From: a virus
Lineage: Duplodnaviria; Caudoviricetes
Reading direction: 5' to 3' (one strand)
IMG/VR virus record: IMGVR_UViG_3300009537_000014
Span: 1 to 52,661 of that record
Length of the DNA stretch: 52,661 nucleotides
Shown here: piece after piece, positions 47,092-52,661 of the stretch
Layout of the letters: every line of letters starts with the position of its first letter
Numbering within the stretch: the stretch's first letter is position 1
Translations under genes and position numbers: made by a program
Notes under the pieces: model-generated
Database searches by the model: none
Told to the model about the DNA's origin: nothing
The model's input: only the letters and a program-made list of their open reading frames with translations

Positions 47092-48213
47092 CTAAGTCAT
47101 TAACTCTTTCCAAATCGCCTGCGCAATCCTAAGGAAACTCTCCTTAGCTTTGGGTTGGGATACAGCTTCAAGGATACTAGACAAGCCATCCTCTAGGGCA
47201 TCTTTCAGTGGCAACCCTGCCACCCACAAGTCGATCACGTTGTTTAACTGCCTGATTGATATATCTATCGGTAACTGTACTCTGTCGATGGTCTCGATGA
47301 TGGAGAAATAATACTTGGAAAACTTCTCGCTATCATCCTCAGCTATCTCTGGGTACCTGGCTTTGATTGCTCTCTTGATCTGAGGCTTTGTGAACTCAGG
47401 ATAAGTGAGATAAGTACATCGTCCTAGGAAATTACTAGGCTTGACCACGCCACCGATATACTTGGCACTCTTTGGATTCTGAGCGAACCCGATCCTGCAA
47501 TCAATGTGTAGCTGATAGACCTTTCCATTTCCGTTGTTAGCGTCCTTGATATACAGCTCTCTATTCTGCAAGAGGGCATGGAAATCAAATGTGTTCGCAT
47601 TACTGACAGCATTGATCTCATCGAACAGGATGACAGACGGACATTGGGTTGCCTTTACGAACAACGCTTCTTGGAACACAACGCTTCCATTGATGATGGT
47701 CTTGTCACCATACAGTTTGGTCAACCTGAAGTCTTCATATCCAGAGAACAAGAAGAATGGAAGCTGATTCTTATACGCATAATACATATGGCTCCAAGTC
47801 TTCCCGGTCCCTTGCTTTCCTTGGGTTAGCGGATATTTGCCTATGTTGTATGCGACAGCCAGCCTCTTATCGATATCTCTTTCGATATAGTTATCGAACT
47901 CCTCCTTCTTTGGGATATACGTCTTCATGTCTTCTGGGATCTCAAACTGCTTGGAGGCTGAACTTTCATTGATGTTGGCTCTTGTAGTTTGAGACTCTTC
48001 TGATTTCTCGGTTGGTTTACCTCCCCCGACTGTGGCTCCGCTCAATGGATCTCCCATTTCTAGGAACCTCCCTCTTATTGTAGATTCATCGAGATCAATG
48101 TTATGTCTCTTCTTGACCTCTTCTTTGATCATCCAAGCTCTGACTTGCTTGGAATCTTTCTTGAGGAACTCTCTGATCTCTCTCAGTTCTTCGTTGCTTA
48201 CCGCACTCTTCAT
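47092..48213 (-). CDS. MoxR/CbbQ/CobS-family AAA+ ATPase with N-terminal HTH-like domain
   Basis: Walker A GKQGTGKT, Walker B ILFDEIN, AQNP, SIRQL; start after AAGGAGGTG. Confidence 0.85.
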   Translation of the reverse strand: MKSAVSNEELREIREFLKKDSKQVRAWMIKEEVKKRHNIDLDESTIRGRFLEMGDPLSGATVGGGKPTEKSEESQTTRANINESSASKQFEIPEDMKTYIPKKEEFDNYIERDIDKRLAVAYNIGKYPLTQGKQGTGKTWSHMYYAYKNQLPFFLFSGYEDFRLTKLYGDKTIINGSVVFQEALFVKATQCPSVILFDEINAVSNANTFDFHALLQNRELYIKDANNGNGKVYQLHIDCRIGFAQNPKSAKYIGGVVKPSNFLGRCTYLTYPEFTKPQIKRAIKARYPEIAEDDSEKFSKYYFSIIETIDRVQLPIDISIRQLNNVIDLWVAGLPLKDALEDGLSSILEAVSQPKAKESFLRIAQAIWKELMT

Positions 48214-48323
48214 TACACCTCCTTGTTCGTTGAATATCTCATTGCATCTAAGACATAGTTCTCCGCTTCGAGTACAGGTGCTATATCCATCTCCATTGTA
48301 GTAAGGCTTACCTGCACAAATCG

Positions 48324-49100
48324 TCATGCTTTTCCCCGATATACTGGATGCCTTAGACCACCTTGAGACATGAATCCTTGGTGTTCGATCTTCACCCTCA
48401 TTCCTATCTTCAGATGGATCTTGTCCTTGTTGCAGACCTTGACTCCTACGGCCTTTCCTGTCGAGCCGGGACCAAACGGAACGAACACTTCTATCCTTTC
48501 TTTCGTTGGATCAATGTTCCATACTTGATACACATTCTCATCCTTCTTCTTGAGCTTGACCCAATGGCAAGGACCGTACTGGAGATGAGAGTCTAGAGAC
48601 TTGACTACTGTGCCTTCATAACCTTGGTTACAAGCCTTCTTGAAGTGACCTAGAGCTTCTGCTTTTGATCTAACAACCTTTCCTATCGATGATATTGGGA
48701 ACTCACGACGCATGATTTCAAGCCTCGTGATCAACGGTTCACGCTTAAGAGATATGCCGTTAAGCGTTTCAATATCGAATGGAACGAACTTTAATGCGTC
48801 TGAATGTTTGTTCTTTAGAAGCTCGGTTAACTCACCTGTAAGACCGTTATAGTAGATTAGTTCTCCTAGTATCACATACCTAAGGTGAGAAGATTCGTTA
48901 AACAGCCATCGTGTAAGCTCGAAGTCTTCTCTCTTCTTACCATACTTGTTGAGAAGATATGGTTTCTCACCCCACGGCTTGATGAGCTGGTTATACTCCC
49001 CATCAAACTTAGGCTCCGCCCATGCTGGATAATGTAGACTATCCAGATTTCCCCTCAGCTCGGGGAACTGTGCCTTCTGGTTCGTGTTCGTAATCTTCAT
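48324..49100 (-). CDS. minimal ATP-dependent DNA ligase
   Basis: Motif I EPKFDG, III GEL, IIIa PFDI, IV GYEGTVVK, V WVKLK, VI LRHPVY. Confidence 0.9.
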   Translation of the reverse strand: MKITNTNQKAQFPELRGNLDSLHYPAWAEPKFDGEYNQLIKPWGEKPYLLNKYGKKREDFELTRWLFNESSHLRYVILGELIYYNGLTGELTELLKNKHSDALKFVPFDIETLNGISLKREPLITRLEIMRREFPISSIGKVVRSKAEALGHFKKACNQGYEGTVVKSLDSHLQYGPCHWVKLKKKDENVYQVWNIDPTKERIEVFVPFGPGSTGKAVGVKVCNKDKIHLKIGMRVKIEHQGFMSQGGLRHPVYRGKA

Positions 49101-49215
49101 CTTCTTCTCTTTCCGGGTCTAATTCCCTGAAACATCTACCGCACCATTGAAAATACTCTTCTTCAAAGTAATCATACATGATCTCGTTGCTACCGCAGTG
49201 TGGACATTCCATAGA

Positions 49216-49500
49216 TTACTTCCCTCCTAGTTCTAGGCAGACATATTTAATGACCTCTTCTAATGTCATGTTTGTCATATCTGGGCTGTTGATTCTTACA
49301 AACATTTTTCTATTGAAGTTGATGCTGTATTTATTGTCTTCTGGATGGATGTTCATGCCTCGGTTGAGTTTATCAGCTTCTTCTTCGGTTAGCCTGAAGC
49401 GAACCCCTACAACGTGTTTCCCATTATGCCAATGCCTAATTTCTGGCCCATCGCACACTTCTAAAACATCGCCTTTGTGGAAGAGTATATCTTTATTCAT
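49216..49500 (-). CDS. small beta-barrel-like protein with shared C-terminal helix
   Basis: FHKGDVLEV; ends TLEEVIKYVCLEL. Confidence 0.55.
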   Translation of the reverse strand: MNKDILFHKGDVLEVCDGPEIRHWHNGKHVVGVRFRLTEEEADKLNRGMNIHPEDNKYSINFNRKMFVRINSPDMTNMTLEEVIKYVCLELGGK

Positions 49501-49790
49501 TGCTTAAGCATTATCTTTAGATTTATACAGACGGAGTCGATAACTGCCTCTATTGACGTTGGTTCATCATGGTATATATACAAATCAATACATCCTTGGG
49601 CACCCATTCTATAAATGTTCTCATAACCATCAGACCAACGAACTCTTACCCATCCCTCTGTGAGCTCTCCCTCTTTTTCTGGTAATGGAACGATGATGCC
49701 TTTTCCCTGACTATCTTGGTCACCCCATATCCAGTTAGGGCCTCTTGATACGACTTTGCCTATAAGCTTGTTAAGGTCTTCCCGTTTCAC
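49497..49790 (-). CDS. MIB/HERC2-domain protein
   Basis: VSRGPNWIWGDQD..G.G...GWVRVRWSDG..N.YRMGAQG..DL. Confidence 0.75.
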   Translation of the reverse strand: MKREDLNKLIGKVVSRGPNWIWGDQDSQGKGIIVPLPEKEGELTEGWVRVRWSDGYENIYRMGAQGCIDLYIYHDEPTSIEAVIDSVCINLKIMLKQ

Positions 49791-50070
49791 GTATCCATTC
49801 CTCTCTTAAGTACATACCGTAGGCGATGTCATAATCCGTATCCTCTGAGAGCCAACGGTTGATCGTGTCCACACATTCGTCTGGTTCTTCTACTTGATAT
49901 ATCCCCCGGAGTAGTTGCCATTGCTCATAGACCATCTTGGGGTTGAAGAGGACATCTTTCTCACTGGGATGCTGGAAATGGTCAAGCTTAACAAACTCCT
50001 TCAGCTTGCGATCTCCTTCATCCTCGCAATACTGCTCGAATGCCAACTCTTGTTCCGGTTCAAGGCTCAT
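49771..50070 (-). CDS. acidic hypothetical protein
   Basis: ATGA overlap with upstream gene; RBS AAGGAG. Confidence 0.55.
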   Translation of the reverse strand: MSLEPEQELAFEQYCEDEGDRKLKEFVKLDHFQHPSEKDVLFNPKMVYEQWQLLRGIYQVEEPDECVDTINRWLSEDTDYDIAYGMYLREEWIRETGRP

Positions 50071-50297
50071 TGTTGCCACTCCTTCTCCATGCGGATGATG
50101 TCTTCCTGCGTTAACGGTTTGCCAAAGATGCTGTCTTGACATGCTTGGCACATTCCTGACATCTCATGCTCTCTTATAGAAAGTGGGTCTCTTAGCTTCT
50201 CCACTTCTACATATTCAAAGCAACTCGGACATCTTCCTTCTTCCACGAACTTGGTGAATCCTTCAAGACCCAGTTGTTTCATTAGCTCGACGTTCAT
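50067..50297 (-). CDS. zinc-binding hypothetical protein
   Basis: CPSC ... SGMCQACQDSIF. Confidence 0.65.
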   Translation of the reverse strand: MNVELMKQLGLEGFTKFVEEGRCPSCFEYVEVEKLRDPLSIREHEMSGMCQACQDSIFGKPLTQEDIIRMEKEWQQ

Positions 50298-50557
50298 TGT
50301 GGCCCCCTTAGTTTTTCTACTTCTTTATTTATAACATGAGCGAGTTCATACTCCTCACCAGCCGCTATAAGGGTTAGGTTAGATTCATGTACGTATGAGT
50401 TGATTCCGTCAGACCAGATTATCTCCCAATCAAACTCTGTGTAATTTAGTAATTTACTTTTTACTATCGCCGCCTGCCCTTGATGAGCTATATAGTCGCC
50501 CCAGTGGTAATAACGAAGAAGCTTAACGGTATCACCCACATTGAATTTAGTCATCAT
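50294..50557 (-). CDS. SH3/KOW-like small protein with shared C-terminal helix
   Basis: KFNVGDTVKL; ends YELAHVINKEVEKL. Confidence 0.6.
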   Translation of the reverse strand: MMTKFNVGDTVKLLRYYHWGDYIAHQGQAAIVKSKLLNYTEFDWEIIWSDGINSYVHESNLTLIAAGEEYELAHVINKEVEKLRGPQ

Positions 50558-50743
50558 AGCTCCTTGACTTGAACGTTCCCGAACTTCTCAAGCCATCTGA
50601 TGAGACGGTTGATATGTTGAGCTCTGAAGACCTTGAAGATTGGGGCTGTATTTGTGATGACACCTCTTAAGTCTGTGAAGACGGCTCCAGTCATCTTCTT
50701 GCTTGATACCCAATAGAAATGCTCATAGAGTAGAGTTTTCATG
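50554..50743 (-). CDS. hypothetical protein (start approximate)
   Basis: RBS GAGG before MKTLLYEHF; ITNTAPIFKVF. Confidence 0.5.
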
Positions 50744-50806
50744 GTGACCTCATTCTTAAGCGAGTACGCCTGCCTCACAGCGAAGCGGGGCAGGCGCACG
50801 GAGCTA

Positions 50807-51001
50807 TTATTCTGCTGGACGATATGCGTTGATATCGTCCATATAACTTTGACCGTAGTATGTTCGATTCGGTGTGAAATCATGGTCTTTCTTATGACCA
50901 GTTCCGAATGAACACCAACATCCGTTGACGCACATCATCATTACGAGCATCCACAGAGTAAGCGAGATCGCAACGATGCTTGCTTTTAGCGTGTTTCTCA
51001 T
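50807..51001 (-). CDS. small membrane/lipoprotein-like protein
   Basis: RBS AAGGAGG; hydrophobic N-terminus followed by Cys. Confidence 0.55.
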   Translation of the reverse strand: MRNTLKASIVAISLTLWMLVMMMCVNGCWCSFGTGHKKDHDFTPNRTYYGQSYMDDINAYRPAE

Positions 51002-51039
51002 GGCTACATCCTCCTTGTTTTACGTTTGCCATGCTGTTG

Positions 51040-51315
51040 TTAGACCAAATCCTTTACTTGATCACAAGTAAGAGACGGGTCTAATATCTTGGCCAGCTTA
51101 TTAGCCAGCATATTGATTTCAATGGGTTCTGGCATTCTGTTCAGCAACAGCTTCTCTGTCATCATGAGCATGATGCTTGCGACACGAGCACAACCAGCTT
51201 CACTCTCACAACCTTTGCAGTTCTCGTGAGAGCTTCTGTATAGCTCACAGTATTTAGAGCCTTGATATACAGCGAAGCCTGCTATCTTGACGAGATCAAT
51301 CGTGTTGTCTTTCAT
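51040..51315 (-). CDS. Cys-rich hypothetical protein
   Basis: CELY....CKGCESEAGC. Confidence 0.55.
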   Translation of the reverse strand: MKDNTIDLVKIAGFAVYQGSKYCELYRSSHENCKGCESEAGCARVASIMLMMTEKLLLNRMPEPIEINMLANKLAKILDPSLTCDQVKDLV

Positions 51316-51496
51316 GTCTCTTTCTCCTGTCTATTTCAACTTCTGTGTTAACGATGTCATCAACTATCGAGCGGATCATGTCTCTATCTTCTTGTATTTT
51401 CACAATGTATCTTCGATCAAGCATGTCATAGAGGTTGTCTCTCTCTTTGTAGAGCTGATCGATGCTGGCATTGGTTAGCCATGTGTCTCTGTCCAC
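51296..51496 (-). CDS. hypothetical protein
   Basis: RBS AAGGAG before GTG. Confidence 0.55.
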   Translation of the reverse strand: MDRDTWLTNASIDQLYKERDNLYDMLDRRYIVKIQEDRDMIRSIVDDIVNTEVEIDRRKRHERQHD

Positions 51497-51574
51497 GATT
51501 AATGCTCCTTTTTAAAAATGGTGGACACGGCAGAGTTTCGTATGATGAGACTCTAGTCTCAATCCTACCGTTGG

Positions 51575-51868
51575 TTACTCTGCTACGGTATCCTCGTGTC
51601 TATGATTCTTAATAACTTTGACGAGAGAATGATTGTCATTCCATTCATCGTCAAATTCTTCTGCATGATCTTCTTGAAACTGTTCAAAGCTACGCTTCTT
51701 AGTTACTTCAGGTGCTCCCTTGTCATAAACAATATTAATGAAGTCTTGATGTCCTTGCTCAACATCAATATCAGCTCTTGGCTCATCCCATCTCGCAATA
51801 CATCCATCAGCCGTAAGCTTATAGCTACCAGACTCTTCATCGAATGCGAATCTATCTTTGCGATTCAT
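51575..51868 (-). CDS. acidic hypothetical protein
   Basis: RBS GGAGGTG; D/E-rich. Confidence 0.6.
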   Translation of the reverse strand: MNRKDRFAFDEESGSYKLTADGCIARWDEPRADIDVEQGHQDFINIVYDKGAPEVTKKRSFEQFQEDHAEEFDDEWNDNHSLVKVIKNHRHEDTVAE

Positions 51869-51897
51869 CGGTTAGCACCTCCGATATTAATATTAAT

Positions 51898-51934
51898 CAA
51901 AATATAGGGGGCTTATTCAGCCCCCTATACTTTT
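51898..51934. terminator. bidirectional intrinsic terminator
   Basis: TATAGGGGGCT-TATTC-AGCCCCCTATA with T-tracts on both strands; directly after the stop of the 78-aa gene. Confidence 0.75.
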
Positions 51935-52586
51935 ATTGCTGTTTCGCCTTACGGACATCGACCAATCGAACTCCGCACTCAAGGGCGAGATCGGCAACAG
52001 TGGAATCCCACTGATCAACCTTTTTGGTCTTGTCAAAGGTCGTCAAGGAATATTCGTCACCACTCTGTTTCTTGATTCCCCGAATCACAACAAGATTATC
52101 GAGGAGCGACGTCACACGAGCGAGGTGCTTTTCCAATTCCTCGACTCGGTCTTGCAGTTCATGTGCCATGGGGCACCTCCTTTGTTTGACCAAGGCTCGC
52201 AAGTGCCAGCAAATGCGAAAGCTCCGAGGGACGAGGACAAGCGAGTCTGCGAGACTTGCCGACAAAAAAGCGAGATCTAGAGCTTTTTTGGCGGGCGACA
52301 GCATTTGCGGGACACGCAGTCGAGCCCAAACAAAGGAGGGGACACATGGACACATGAGATGCAAGAACGAGGCGAGCTATTGAAAAGCACCGAAGACTCG
52401 TGTGACGGCGAGCCTCCTATCTTGTATCTCTATAAGGGGAATCATATAAGAGTGGTGACTATTCATTGAGATACTTAATGAGACCAAAAAGTATAAGTGG
52501 GATTCCTATACCGATCTCGTATAAGTGCGGAGCTATTGGATGATAGAGATTAGGCGAAACAGTATAAAGTATGGGGCTGAATGAGT
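51911..52586. repeat. about 680-nt imperfect inverted repeat (rod-like fold-back)
   Basis: More than 15 co-linear complementary blocks between 51911-52216 and 52301-52586, e.g. CCTCCTTTGTTTG 52176-52188 / CAAACAAAGGAGG 52327-52339. Confidence 0.9.
51933..52169 (-). CDS. 78-aa hypothetical protein embedded in the fold-back element
   Basis: RBS AAGGAGG then ATG at 52169; N-terminal coiled coil (LQDRVEELEKHLARV). Confidence 0.7.
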   Translation of the reverse strand: MAHELQDRVEELEKHLARVTSLLDNLVVIRGIKKQSGDEYSLTTFDKTKKVDQWDSTVADLALECGVRLVDVRKAKQQ

Positions 52587-52597
52587 CTCCTTATTGG

Positions 52598-52603
52598 ATT
52601 ATA
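52598..52603 (-). promoter_or_regulatory. candidate -10 box for the leftward transcript
   Basis: Minus-strand TATAAT in an AT-rich patch; no good -35. Confidence 0.4.
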
Positions 52604-52661
52604 TATTTATACTCTAAGCTCCCCACCGAGCCCACCTTCTGCTTCGTCGCGGACGTGCCCG

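Noticed and set aside
51530-51565. Possible hammerhead ribozyme (TGATGAG / GAAAC)
   Set aside because: The two core motifs lie on opposite strands and CTGANGA is absent.
215-52169. Alternative genetic code (stop-codon reassignment)
   Set aside because: Long genes are intact in the supplied standard translation, and TAA, TAG and TGA all end well-coupled genes.
51936-52383. + strand ORFs 51936-52280 and 52024-52383, and the 143-aa extension of the - strand ORF
   Set aside because: No convincing RBS and they overlap the structured region; the SD-supported start is ATG 52169 on the - strand.
52420-52570. TATAAG repeats as a CRISPR or mini-array
   Set aside because: Repeats are only 4-6 nt with about 10-nt spacers; they are explained as loops of the fold-back, and no cas operon is present (the Cas4-like gene sits in a recombination module).

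Overview
The window looks like a complete or near-complete ~52.7 kb tailed dsDNA phage genome with podovirus-like architecture, opened just before the terminase genes. It has three blocks. (1) + strand late/structural block, 0.2-32.3 kb: TerS, TerL, portal, scaffold, major capsid, an HNH, fibre/spike-like proteins, two glycosyltransferase-like genes, adaptor, nozzle and ejection proteins including a 2666-aa polyvalent protein. (2) + strand middle block, 32.5-43.3 kb: many small ORFs, a tRNA-like RNA, Cas4/RecB-like nuclease, Sak4-like ATPase, SSB, an origin with three perfect DnaA boxes, a replication initiator and a resolvase-like nuclease. (3) - strand early/accessory block, 43.4-52.2 kb: ATP-dependent ligase, MoxR AAA+, vWA protein, a divergent Ku-like protein and a MIB/HERC2-domain protein. 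I recognised no integrase, DNA polymerase, reverse transcriptase or endolysin. The most striking unexplained feature is a ~680-nt imperfect fold-back at 51.9-52.6 kb. Its non-coding arm is complementary, in 9-13 bp blocks separated by periodic TATA spacers, to the whole of a 78-aa gene plus that gene's RBS and terminator. Other highlights are a C-terminal helix motif shared by about 8 unrelated small proteins, a kissing-loop RNA upstream of a virion gene, and the ligase/MoxR/vWA/Ku-like cluster. All protein assignments come from motifs recognised by eye; no searches were run.
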